A DNA stretch of 60,032 nt, the filler included, from Squatina squatina (lineage: Eukaryota): assembly GCA_031763465.1 (NCBI GenBank). It is 3 parts of 3 records of this genome, joined end to end, with 100 filler letters (N's around TTAATTAATTAA, not from the genome) between each part and the next. Parts side by side here need not be neighbours in the genome. Positions count along the whole stretch, not along the records: positions 12,396 to 44,183 come from JARFOE010000080.1; 2 more parts are not named here. One strand, 5' to 3'. Positions 22,226 to 35,137 of this stretch are shown one piece after another. A program made the position numbers and the translations under genes. Position 1 is the first letter of the stretch. Every line of letters begins with the position of its first letter. Under the pieces are notes generated by a model. It searched no databases. It was given only the letters and a program-made list of their open reading frames with translations, and had not been told where the DNA came from.

Positions 22226-24379
22226 TTACGCTACAGTGTTCCATTGCAAATAGAAGCAAGATTTTCTGGCTTTCTGCTCCCCGGGTCGTGATTGTCCATT
22301 CAATCCTTTCAATGAGCAGAAAATCACGGGTTACAGAGCAGCTGAAGGGAAAATCTCCCTTCCATATTGTTGAAACTAGTAGCAACTGTGTAAGCTTAAA
22401 CAATTTGGGGAAACATTTACCCATCGTAAGATTAACAATGCTAACAATACAGTTCTGTTGTAAGAAATGCCATTTTTGCCCTTTCAAAAATAATAATCAA
22501 ACATGCTCTAGTTTGTAAAATTGTAACCCAAGGCAACAGTTTGCCTTTCAAATTTCATAATGTTGCGTGGAATAACGGGATGTAAGCATTAGATACAACA
22601 GCTGTGTGCAAACTGGAAGAAAATACTTGTATTTGCCATTGAAGTCAGCTTATTCAATGATGTTGTAGATACTGAATGTCAGGTCAGGGAAAAATTGTCA
22701 AGAACAAATTGGATTTTCTGTTAGCACTGAATCTTGTTATTCATCAATCATAATTAGAGCTGGATTATACAGTTCTTTTCCTTCCACATTCTATTGAAGT
22801 CTGCTGAAACTCCATTGTTAGAAATAATTCCCCTGCTCTCATTCAATGCCTTCAAATCAATTGCCTTCCATCACCATCACGGCATTGCAGGTTTATTTTC
22901 ATATCCATATGTTGCAAGCTGTAATTTGCCTTTCCAAACTAGAAAGTCCACAGCACGATTTCCTCGTGCAGAGTTCCAGAGGTAAAAATTGTCTGGAATT
23001 GATTAAAAACAAATAGAATGTCCCACTCAGATTGACACAAATACTTGAGTTGCAACTGAGGCTGGGTTTCATTTCTTTTCGAGGGAAATTACTGGTAGTG
23101 TTTTTAAAAAAAAAATATACAACCCATTTTGTTAACATTGCAAGACGATTCGGAAACATAGAAAAGGCCCAGAGACGATCTGGTTCAAAAAGCTATCCAG
23201 TTGTTAATGGTTTAGTGCAAGAGGCATCAGTTGGACTGTGCACAAGGAGGAGAATCAGACAGGGAGGATCACACACCCATCACAGAGACCATCTGATTTT
23301 AATCTTTCCTCCAGCTAGCTGATGGTTCATGATCAACACCGAATAGGAAAATCTCATACGGTCTTACAGCACAGAAGGAGGCCACTCAGTCCATCGCACC
23401 TGTGCCGGCTCTTTGAAGGAGCTATCCAATTAGTCCCACTCNNNNNNNNNNNNNNNNNNNNNNNNNNNNNNNNNNNNNNNNNNNNNNNNNNNNNNNNNNN
23501 NNNNNNNNNNNNNNNNNNNNNNNNNNNNNNNNNNNNNNNNNTCATTTAAGGGTAATTAGGGATGGGCAATAAATGCTGGCCTTGCCAGCAACGCCCACAT
23601 TCCAGGAATCAATAATAAAAAAAGAGGAGCATGGCATTTCCCCAAGTGTTTTAGTCAATCGGGCAGCACCATTTCTAATAACAGCTGCCACATTTGCCCA
23701 GATAAATAAACTTCTCTCTCATACATTAAAGGATAATTTTAATCTCAATATACGCCTCCCCCCAATTGTTTTATTCATCCATAAGGCTGCATTTAAAGAT
23801 CAGAGGCAAATTTTATAAAGTGCAATTTTGGAAGCTCGTTCAGTAGTGGGTGGGTTAACTTAATTGCTTATATTTGGCACTATAAATGAATAGTTTATCT
23901 ATGGCTGGTGTGTTAATTGGAGTCACCATATAATTTATTATGGGTGATAAAGGTTGCTGCTGCAGTAATTAAACAACAATTAGACTAGTAATTACATTGA
24001 TGAAATGTACCAAGTTAGAATGTTTCCTTGCATTTGAGGAGTGCTGAACATGGCCAGTGGACAGACCTGTTTAAACTATGGTTTGATAGCTCAAGTCCCT
24101 GAGAAAAGTGTTTCCAGAGATAGCCTTTATGCTACAGGAGGGAATTGTAAGATCGAGGTTTTGCTGACTTATTTGAAATAATTTAAAATGATTATCATGA
24201 AATGCCTATGGTGCTGTACGTTTTATACACAATCTCAAGTTAAATCAGCTGTAATGCACGAAACAGAACTGCAACATGTNNNNNNNNNNNNNNNNNNNNN
24301 NNNNNNNNNNNNNNNNNNNNNNNNNNNNNNNNNNNNNNNNNNNNNNNNNNNNNNNNNNNNNNNNNNNNNNNNNNNNNNN

Positions 24380-24582
24380 CCCGTTTTTTTACCCAAATGT
24401 CCCGGTGTCCCGACAATTCTATCAAAAAGCCTCAAATGTCGTGGTTTTTTTGTAGTCAGGATGGAGACCTGGCTGCACGTGCGCAGTCTCGGAGGAGCCC
24501 GGACTGCGCGCGCGCAATCTCTCGACGCAGCCGGCAGGTAAGTTTTGTCCCGGTTTGACCTTCCTAATATCTGGTCTCCCTT
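24380..24582. mobile_element. hAT (Tip100-like) non-autonomous element end
   Basis: Repeated TGTCCCG subterminal motifs and end ATCTGGTCTCCCT (reverse complement AGGGAGACCAGAT, like AGGGTGACCAGAT termini). Confidence 0.45.
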
Positions 24583-25535
24583 GCTATGATATTACTGAAA
24601 TGTATTTCTGTAGCAAGAAATACACCAAGCACTGGCTTGTCATCAATGTGTCAACTTCAGATAGACATCAAAATCAACATAATTCTTTAAAAGATTTCTT
24701 AGCAGTGATTCCTTGATTAAATACAAGTTGCAGAAGAAAATTACAACGGCTTTTCTACAAAGCAACTGCTGCAAGCTCTCAACGTCATTACATTTATCTC
24801 CTATCTTGAATATGGGAGAAGAACTGGGAAAAAAGGACACTTTAGAATTGAGTGGAACAGTGGTGACATTACTGTGAAGGTGAACACAAAGTGACCATGA
24901 TTTTCTTGCAAGCGGACATCCGTCAACTAATTCAATGGCTGACAGCACTGCTTTCTGTAAGCTTAAATCCAAATTTACCGACAATTTTTAACAATAAACT
25001 ACATTGCAACCTATGCTCCGCATAAAACAAACCAACGATTTTGTCAATCAAAAACCAGTTAGGGTTCCCAAAGCTTCGGCATTTTTCACTATTAACTGAA
25101 ATAAACAGCTTTCTTGTGTNNNNNNNNNNNNNNNNNNNNNNNNNNNNNNNNNNNNNNNNNNNNNNNNNNNNNNNNNNNNNNNNNNNNNNNNNNNNNNNNN
25201 NNNNNNNNNNNNNNNNNNNAAGGTACTTAACTCCTGCATCCAGCAGCCCCCGCCTTGCTGTCACTGCCAAGTTTCATGAATTGTGTGAAACCCGTCCACA
25301 TGCAGTTAAAAACAGAATGGAGGTTAAAAAAGAGGCTTCCAGCCTCATTATAATATTTAAATTGACGTTGCGCCTCCTGGCAGCGGGTTGGTCATCCATC
25401 GTACTGCCCATCCTGCTTCCCATCCCATCTCCATTAAAACCTGAAGTGGGCGGTTTGGAGGCAAGTTCAGGTCTGGAATCCCATTTTTAACAACTTAACT
25501 ACCCCATGCTCCAAACTCATCCATATTTTATAGGT

Positions 25536-25745
25536 TGTTATGTTGATTGAAGGATAAATATTGGCCAGGACACCAGGGATAACTCCCCTACTCTTCTTTG
25601 AAATAGTGTCAGGAGATCTTTTACGTCCACCTGAGAGAGCAGACGGGGCCTCGGTTTAACGTCCCATCCGAAAGACAGCATCTCCGACAGTGCAGCACTC
25701 CCTCAGCACTGCACTGGGAATGGCAGCCTAGATTATGGGCTCAAG
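25536..25745 (-). mobile_element. SacSINE1-like SINE fragment (Deu core)
   Basis: GATCTTTTACGTCCACCTGAGAG..CCGACAGTGCAGCACTCCCTCAG. Confidence 0.8.
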
Positions 25746-28700
25746 CCATTGGCTGACACTTAAGGGAATACAAACCAAGTTCATTCAACCTGTCCTCATC
25801 ATTTAACCCTTTAAGAGCTTGACATCATTCTTTTTGTTCTACGCTGTACCCCCTCCAAAGCCAGTTTTGCACCCAGGTGACAAGTTAAGCCCCTTCCCCC
25901 ATGTGATTTGTCTTTGTACTGATAAAGCATCAATTATTCTTAAGAGGTTTAAGTAGCTTAAAAAAAAGCCTTCAGAAGATTTGTATCACCATAATACTGA
26001 TCAAATAAAAATAGCATTTAAGAAAGGAAAATTGGGCCAAACATTATTGCATTGCATAGAATTACACAGAATGTGCAGCACAGAAATAGGCCATTTGGCC
26101 CAACTGGTCTATTCCAGTGTTTATGCTCCACTCGATCCTCCTCCCGCCCCTATTTCGTCTAACCGGATTAACATATACTTCCATTGCTTTCTCCTTCGCC
26201 CTTATCGAGCTTCCCCTTAAATGCTACACTTTATGGTTACCTGGTTCTTTTCATACCCACAGCTGTTTATTTGAAGGTAAACTTCCCAGATTCTTTCTGA
26301 ATAAGGCACAATAATGAACAAATACAATCGACAAAGTGTGCTCTATTGGCAGGTCGACACATGAGCAACGTGCTCAGCCAACACCTCTANNNNNNNNNNA
26401 TTCGCGAGTTAAATGAAGTTGTCAATACTTAATCAGATGTTTGATGGAAAGGATCCATTAGCCTTAAGATGACATTAGCTTAGTAATCTTGGAGAAAAAA
26501 AGGAGGTCTTGCTTCCGCACTCTGCTGCTGTTAATGGTCAATGTCTCCTTGCTTCCCCAGGCTCAGTTCTGTCGGAGTGTTCTCCAGAGAAGCTCCTGAC
26601 CTTTATTACTTCTAAAGGAGTTTTGTTGTCCTTCGATGACTAAATGTGTTTTGAGAAGCTCACAAAAGAACATAGCCTCAGCAGAAAAAAAAAGGGAAAT
26701 ATTTTATTAATGAGTGCTTTCAGAATATTCCGCTCTTAAAATGGAGCTTCCACATCTGCTCCAAGTGATGCCCTGCAGTAGGCTTTGTTGACTATTGTTA
26801 CAGCTTTCAAGTCCCAAAGGAGTTGGAGACTTTAGCCAGATCATTATACGTGGTTTGTGCAAAAGTATTGAGCATCCCTTGGAGAAAGTAATGGTCGGCT
26901 GTTTCATCCACAGCAACTTTGTTGGTGGCCAAAGCTGGCTGGCGGAGAAGCACTGACCTCGGAGCTGTAAGGCAGTCCAGAATTCAGTGTACTCCTTTGG
27001 CAGCAAGTTCACAGCAGCAGAAAACAAAAAGCCACGCTCTTTAAAAAGCAAAGCCAAAAAAAAAAAGCAAGATTCAAAGGACACAGTATGGACTGACGCT
27101 TGAAAACATTACGAATGCAGGACCCAATTTTCAAAAACGGCCCAGAAATTGCGATGTCTCCCCCTGGGGAGACATCGCAAAAGCCAGTTACGGGGCTGTA
27201 CATCGTAAACTTCTGGACAGATCCAACGCCGAGGCTGTGAAGCCCATCCCCAGCGCTGAGCTTTGTGATATTTTTGCAAAGTTTTCTGCTGGGGATCTCT
27301 TGAAATTTTTTACGCATTGTAAAACCTAGCGTATCTACTTGGTTTTAACATCGTAAGAAATGTTCAAAAATTTTAATTCAAAAAAATTAATGGGACATTA
27401 CTTTAAAACCATTCCCAGTGAGGTAAGTATGTTTTTAAATATTTTAAAAGATGTTTTTTTTAATTGAAAAATTTATTATTTGTTATTTATCTCCTTTTTA
27501 TTAAATTTTAATCTTAGAATAGATTTGTGATGTGTTTGGTGNNNNNNNNNNNNNNNNNNNNNNNNNNNNNNNNNNNNNNNNNNNNNNNNNNNNNNNNNNN
27601 NNNNNNNNNNNNNNNNNNNNNNNNNNNNNNNNNNNNNNNNNAAGAGTTGTATCTGGCACCTTAAATATATTTTAAAATGCCCACCACCACTGATTCATGC
27701 AAGGGTAAAGTAACTTTTGCCTTTGAGCCCTGTGCCCTTGAAATCCATTCCAGAACATAATTACGGTCACAGGATATAAATTAAATAAATAGGTTTATAT
27801 GAGGGCTTTATTACCAAAGTCTTAGGATGGTGAATTAATTGGCTATAAAAATATGGGACAGATCTCAGATTTAACCTGAGGTACTAATTCTTTGTCACAC
27901 AATGAAGAAGGATTTTTGTAATAGTTTTAGGCTTTCTATCAGGCCCAGCTGTGCCAATTTATTAATGGGGAGTTGCTCGCTATCTGATGCTGTGCAGAAC
28001 GCTCGGCCTGGATACCATCAGCTAATTCTCTGTTACAAGGTGAAACTTAGAACAGATGCCACATTTCAATCAATGGATATAATCTGTTCCGCAAAGTTAT
28101 TCTTACAGGAGAAAGATAACGGAGGGACAAGAATGTCTGGTCTGGTCTCCTTCGATAAAAGCAATGAGGAAGCAGTGATCTGAGCAGCACAAAGCTACAA
28201 GCAGTAATTAACTAAATGCAGGGTTGGAGCACAAACACTGTTTATTGATTTCACTGCCACAGGACCTGTTTTAATAAGTTTGCACTTACCGATACCAGTA
28301 TTATTCAATCAAATGATCAATGTATAGATGATGTGAAATTTTTGACGAATACATATTCAAAGCTCTCCGACTATATAGGATTGATTTTGCATATCTGCAC
28401 TTCAGAGTGTGATACTTCATGCCCCATGAACCACGGGCAGAAAAATGCCAGTTGTGGCCAATGAGTAGAATAACCGTTGAGGAAATTCACGCACATACGG
28501 CTGGAGTTCCTGCTCAATTGCATTAGCTTTTTGGGCACAATTTGCTGGCTACCAGCATAGAGTCAGTTGTGGCTCAATGGGTCGTGCCCATTCCTCTCGG
28601 TCCGAAGGTTGTAGGTTCAAGTCTCACTCCAGGGACTTAGGGAACATTAAAAAAAAAGGTGCAGAAGTAGGCCGTTCAGCCCTTCGAGCATGCGCCACCA

Positions 28701-31700
28701 TTCAATATGATCATGGCTGATCATGCAACTCNNNNNNNNNNNNNNNNNNNNNNNNNNNNNNNNNNNNNNNNNNNNNNNNNNNNNNNNNNNNNNNNNNNNN
28801 NNNNNNNNNNNNNNNNNNNNNNNNNNNNNNNAAAGTAGGCCTTAATGCAGCCTCAGTGAGTTTCTATCCTGAAATAGGCAGCTGGTCTGGCAGGTTGTCA
28901 CCATCTCTGCCAAGCACTTTCTTGAAACCTTCCTATGTTCTGTTCGATGAACTGTCTAGGTCCAAAGCACTTTGGACTGAGATCAGTATACTTTGATAAA
29001 ACAGACCAATTATGAATTCTAGTTTTGCAATATCGACAATCTAGAGCATCAGAAAAAAAGTTCTCTAGTGGAAGCATAGCAATGCAGTATCGAAAGTGTG
29101 CAATATTCAATTTAAACCTGTCAAGTTATGTTGATTAATAACCATTGGGGAAATCATAATGTGCCTCTGGACAGAATTATATTGCGTATATTTCTTTCGC
29201 TAAGAGTCAAAGTAATTATGGGAAGATTTATCAACTATAGCTATTAAGTGAATCATATGACAAATATAATATGTCACCCCGCTGCAACTTTTATGAAGTA
29301 TTTATTTGAAATTTCCTAAAACTTATTCCTCTATGTTAAGGTAAAGGTAAATGACCCTAGTTTGATGGCATATAGAAATGGAANNNNNNNNNNGAATCAA
29401 ATCATCGCTATCAAGTTAATGTGGAGTAAATGGCTCTGCATAATTGCAGTAGACAGATTGATTCTTCTATAATTTTTGACCGCAGTGTAGGCTACTAAAG
29501 CGGGAGCTTTCACGAAGACTTTGGAAATTGACTTTCAATCATACTTTATTTACCTGCTGCATGTAAAAAGATTAAAGGACCATGCTATAGTTGGGGAAAT
29601 ATATTGAATGCAAAGTATTACACCTTCCCCGCCTCCGTAAGAAAGAAAGACTTAGGACGCCCAATTGGCACNNNNNNNNNNNNNNNNNNNNNNNNNNNNN
29701 NNNNNNNNNNNNNNNNNNNNNNNNNNNNNNNNNNNNNNNNNNNNNNNNNNNNNNNNNNNNNNNNNNNNNNNCATTCTGGTTCTTCTTTCATAGCGGCTAA
29801 AAAAGAAACCTCTTTAATATCTGGCGTAGAGTTCTGCATATTTTTTGTGGCGTGCTATGAATTCCCAAATGCGGGTTCTTCTGGTTAACACAGAGCAATG
29901 TGTCCTTTGGTGAACACTGCCGCACATCCTGCGCGCTTTAAAACAATGATCTGCAAAAAACAATAGTAGCGTCGAAGGAATTGGATCAGGCTGCAATATG
30001 CTGTAATTGGAGTGCCCATCTGAAAGCCTATTGATGGAACTTTCTCTCAGTTTGCACTCCAGAGTAATGGAATTGCTGCTGAAAGAATATGGGAAAATTC
30101 AAAATCTTTAAGGAACAATGAATTGTAGAGGGCAGATTGAATTACGGGACACTGGTGAACCACTTTCATAGATGTTTCATCCATCATTATCACAATCTTC
30201 TGGCAGTATTAAATAACCAAAGATTGTGAAGAGCCAGAGATCAATAAGAACTTCTGTGTCAGTGGAAGACCTTGCCTTTCTGTAGCTCCAATAAGCCGTT
30301 CATAAGAACATAAGAAATAGGAGCAGGAGTAGGCCATTCGGCCCCTCGAGCCTGCTCCGCTNNNNNNNNNNNNNNNNNNNNNNNNNNNNNNNNNNNNNNN
30401 NNNNNNNNNNNNNNNNNNNNNNNNNNNNNNNNNNNNNNNNNNNNNNNNNNNNNNNNNNNNNCATCAACTGCCATTAATGGAAGAGAGTTCCAAACTTCTA
30501 CCACCCTTTGTGTGTAGAAAGTGTTTCCTAATTTTACTCCTGAAAGGCCTCTCTCTAAATATTTCATACAAGTATTTTGCAATATGTTGCTGGAAATAAG
30601 ATATTGAATATATAACCCAAACACATTGGCACAAAGAAATAAGGGAAAGAGATCAACCTTATTTATAGTCCACCCTAGGAAACGTGCTGTCGGTGTTTTG
30701 TGAGAATCAGATTCCTCGTGACATCGCAAGAGTGATTCTCTTTAGAAATCACTTAAGTAAAACACTGTAAATACCACATCGCAGTAACACTGTTGACAGA
30801 TGGTCACAACGATGTCTTAGCAATCAAAACTGAAATTTGTTGGCATCCTATTCATAAACTATGCATAATATTTTTGAACCGGTGTCATCAGTGACAGAAT
30901 CATCTAATTTTCTCATTTAATTTCAATAATTGCATGCAAGACATGACATGACCGCTAACTACAATGGTAATGGCCTGTGTAACATGGATGAGTCCATTAC
31001 AGTTTGCCTCACACAATTACACACTACTGTCAACCGACTCCAGTTCAGTCGGGAATGTAATCTCTGTAAATAGAGTGACATGTTTACTGCAAATAGATGA
31101 TACTTGCCTCATTTCCATTCCAGCTCATAGGCTGCCAACCTGTGTGGCAGCAGAAGAACTTACATTGTGTTTGACTGCGTCTCATACTGGAGTGGAGTTT
31201 GACAGTGAGGGAATTAAAACACTAATAAGTAAAGATACAGTTTCATTAAGGAAATGTCTTGGTTCTGTTACATGCAGAGTATGGTGCTATAATTAAGATG
31301 CAGTTATTATAATAATTGCGTATTATTAATTAGAAGTCATTAAATTACTTAGCTCTGTGCTGCCCACTTAGGAATGGCCTCTATCAAATTATTCATGCCG
31401 CTCAGTCATTCAAATTTAACAGCACTTGATTTGATAATCGCAGAGTGGGCCATCCACATANNNNNNNNNNNNNNNNNNNNNNNNNNNNNNNNNNNNNNNN
31501 NNNNNNNNNNNNNNNNNNNNNNNNNNNNNNNNNNNNNNNNNNNNNNNNNNNNNNNNNNNNTGTTATTACCGCACTACTGCCATTTGCTCCGTCTATGTTC
31601 CACTTCAGACGTGCTCCTCACTGAATTCACCCCTAAGTGTCTGGTCCATCTACGTGTGCCTACAAGATCTACATATTGTCCCTTGTGAATGTCTTATTTG

Positions 31701-31859
31701 TCCTTTTTATAATATTACCTGCAAATTTTACATAAAATATATTCACACACACTAGATGCTAGAAATGGCAAGGGTACCCAGACCAAACCTTGTGTATTTT
31801 TCCCTTCACAGTTAGCAGAGAAAGGAGGGTTTCACTCCTTCAGCCTCTACTTTTGCCCC

Positions 31860-32280
31860 CTCAGCTGTGGCTCAGTTGGTAGTCCTCTCGAAGGTTGTGG
31901 GATTTCCCCCACTCCAGAGACTTGAGGACACAATGCAGGCTGGTGCTGGAGTGCAGTAGTGAGGGAGCCCTGCACTATCTTTTGGATGAGGCGTTAAGCT
32001 GTCTGATATACCAGGTGGATGTAAAAGATCCCATGCCCCTGTTTGAAGAAGAGATCTGCCAATATTTATCTCTCAACCAACATCACGAGAGCTTATTATC
32101 TGATCAACATCACCTTGCTGTTTGTGGAACTTGCTGTGTGAAAATTGGCTGCTGCGTTTTCTACATTACAACAGTGGCTGCATGTCACCTCACTTCAAAA
32201 GCGCTTCATCAACTGTGAAGCACTTTGGGACATCCTGAGGTCATGAATGCCACTGTATAAATGCAAGGCTTTCTTTCTTC
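31860..32280 (+). mobile_element. SacSINE1-like SINE
   Basis: Same head, core and tail as the 19890 copy. Confidence 0.8.
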
Positions 32281-32430
32281 AAGTANNNNNNNNNNNNNNN
32301 NNNNNNNNNNNNNNNNNNNNNNNNNNNNNNNNNNNNNNNNNNNNNNNNNNNNNNNNNNNNNNNNNNNNNNNNNNNNNNNNNNNNNGAGTACATTCTATGC
32401 CCTTGCTATCCAACATGGAGAATTACTGAT

Positions 32431-32770
32431 TCATCAGCTGAGGGAGGGCAGTAGGTGGTTTCTTTGACCATGTTTGACCTGAAGCCAAGAGGCTTCATGG
32501 AGCCCAGAGTCAATGTTGAGGACTCCCAGAGCCACTCCCTCCTGACTGTATAGCACTGTGCCAGCACCTCTGTCGGTGGGACAGGACATACCCAGGGATG
32601 GTGATGGAGGAGTCTGGGACATTAGGTGAAAGATATGATTCGATGAATGTGACTATGTCAGGCTGTTGCTTGACCAGTCTGTGGGACAGCTCTCCCAATT
32701 TTGACACAAGTCCCCAGATGTTCGGAAGGAGGACTTTGCAGGGTTGACTGAGCTGGGTGTGCCATTCTTG
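32431..32770 (-). mobile_element. Non-LTR retrotransposon AP-endonuclease fragment
   Basis: SKLGELSHRLVKQQPDIVTFIESYL..ITIPGYVLSHR / GVALGVLNIDSGLHEASWLQVKHGQ, frameshifted. Confidence 0.75.
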
Positions 32771-32784
32771 TTGTTGCTTTTCAA

Positions 32785-33045
32785 TAGCCAGGCCATCTCA
32801 GAGGACAGTTAAGAGTCAAACATATTGCTGTGGGTCCAGAGTCACAGACAGGCCAGATTTCCTTCCCTAGTGGACCAGATGGGTTTTCACAACAATCCAG
32901 TAGCTTTTTATTCCAGATTTATTTAATTAACTGAATTTAAATTCCACAGCAGCTGTGGTGGGATTTGAACTCATGTCTCTGGATCAATAGTTCAAGCATC
33001 TGGGTAACTAGTCCCACAACTTAACCACTACGCTAACAAGTCCCC
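32785..33045 (-). mobile_element. tRNA-derived SINE (same family as 6034)
   Basis: TTCCAGATTTATTTAA..GGTGGGATTTGAACTC is the reverse complement of the 6034-6145 head. Confidence 0.6.
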
Positions 33046-33144
33046 AACTTCCTTCAATTTTAAGCCTTTCCATACCAATTAACTTTTAATACTAAGCTAA
33101 CTCCAATTCCTACCTTAGTATTTTGGACACTTCTGATTTCTAAC

Positions 33145-33300
33145 AGGGCAAATGGGGCCTTGGTTTAACATCTCCTCTGAAGGGTGGCACCCCCAACAAT
33201 GCAGCACTCCTTCAGTACTGCACTGCAGTGTCAGCCACGATTTTGTGCTGAACCCACAACCTTCTGACTCACGGCCAAGAGTGCGTGCAGCCAAGCTAAC
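33145..33300 (-). mobile_element. SacSINE1-like SINE fragment
   Basis: GCAGCACTCCTTCAGTACTGCACTG..CAACCTTCTGACTC. Confidence 0.7.
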
Positions 33301-35137
33301 ACAAAGGTTGATTTTTAATTCCTTGTCATTGTGCTCACATTTGTTACATTTTGTTTATATTACTTTGGTCGGTTGGGGTGAGAAAAGAATGCAAATTGTT
33401 GGAATGAAGAATTATTTGATTATAAATAAGAATTACTTTACCCTTTGGAGCTGAACTGATTTGCTATTCCATGAAATCCTTTTTGCTCAGTTTATGATGG
33501 TATGTTATTAATGTACTAAAAGGTTTGGGAGGCGTAGTCTAGTCAATCAAGACAAGAATTGTCTAAAGAAACTGATAAACCATTGAAAGCTTTATGGTTA
33601 TTCATGCAAATCTGGCTCCAATTTATTTTGGATGACCAATAGTCAGAATAAATTTCTTGATGCACAGCTACAAAACACTCTACTTAAATTTGAGTCAGTC
33701 CACCACTTGAATACTGAAAGCATAGCAACTGCATGATATTTTTACTTTGTATTAATCCATACAAAAACTATATTTTTTGGTGGGCTAAGAGTGCCATCTT
33801 GAGCACTGCTGTATGTAAAGGACAACAAAGTATAAGCAAATCGTTTTCTTTCCAAAGCACCAGTACAGTGCAGTCTTATTCCACCCAAGAATAACATTTC
33901 ACACACATCAGCAAAAACAAGGCAGAATAGAGGCAGATTATGGAAAATGGATGAAGAATTTTGATTGATGATTTGGGATTAGGAAGGAGTTGATGTGTGG
34001 AATATCTGGGATGTTTGATAGGATAGCAGTACAGAACATTCTCTTAAATTGGTAAAGTTAGAGTGTGAGTTTGAACTATAGAGGCTAAATAATTCAACTG
34101 TTTTTATAACATGAATATAGTCATTGTATGCGGGTATTTAATCACGGAGACTACTGCTGTGATCTGATTAGCTGGTTGCAGAGTATAAAGCTGGATGAGG
34201 ATAGTATAATCCATGCTAGAATCTATTTTGTAGAGTTTCAGAGATAGGGCAGGACTGGCACTTCTGTACAAGATAGAAGACCAGGCCACAAGATCTTAAG
34301 CCACTCTAAAATCAATGGGCAGACATCTGATTGGCAGTGCCCCTTTAAAACTGGAGTATGAGCCTATAATTGTATGTTTAAAAGTGGAGCGGGATTCAAT
34401 CCCACAACCGTCCGACACAGGTGAGAGTACTTACCCACTGAGCTGACATGCAAGCATTGCTGCCGGGATTGTTTACCAGGTCTGAGTTGGCAGCATTCAT
34501 TCCCCTCACTCGCTACCCGCAAAGTAACGCCCAGGGGATAAGACTGCAGATGTTTTTATCTCTGAATAAGAATTTAGCACCTATTCGATGCTTGACTTAT
34601 ATGCACGGTCAGACAACAGTCAATGAATTCAATTGCCTCATTAGCTCTTGTGACAGGAAGAAGTATAGTTATCTTAAAATATCTGCTCTTCCTCAAAGTC
34701 GGCCAATAAAATACAAATGAGCCATTTACAAACTGTCTGAGACAGACTCTCTTCACAGTCACAAAATGATCACTAATTAAACAAATTAATACAGTAAATA
34801 ACAGATTGCCGTAAATAAATGCCATTAGCGGAACCTGAATAGTTTACAGTTGTGCTGTCATTTTTCAACATGAGTACAAATCAAAGGAAAATGGTCTTTT
34901 AATTAGTTCCACAAGCAGTGGACAAGTAATTTGTATCACTTTTCCCCCTTCATAATGACTTTGAATTAGTGTCATCAATATTGTTGAAAAGAAATAAGGG
35001 GAGCCATAAATTTAGTCGCACTGTGGACCTTGAATTANNNNNNNNNNNNNNNNNNNNNNNNNNNNNNNNNNNNNNNNNNNNNNNNNNNNNNNNNNNNNNN
35101 NNNNNNNNNNNNNNNNNNNNNNNNNNNNNNNNNNNNN

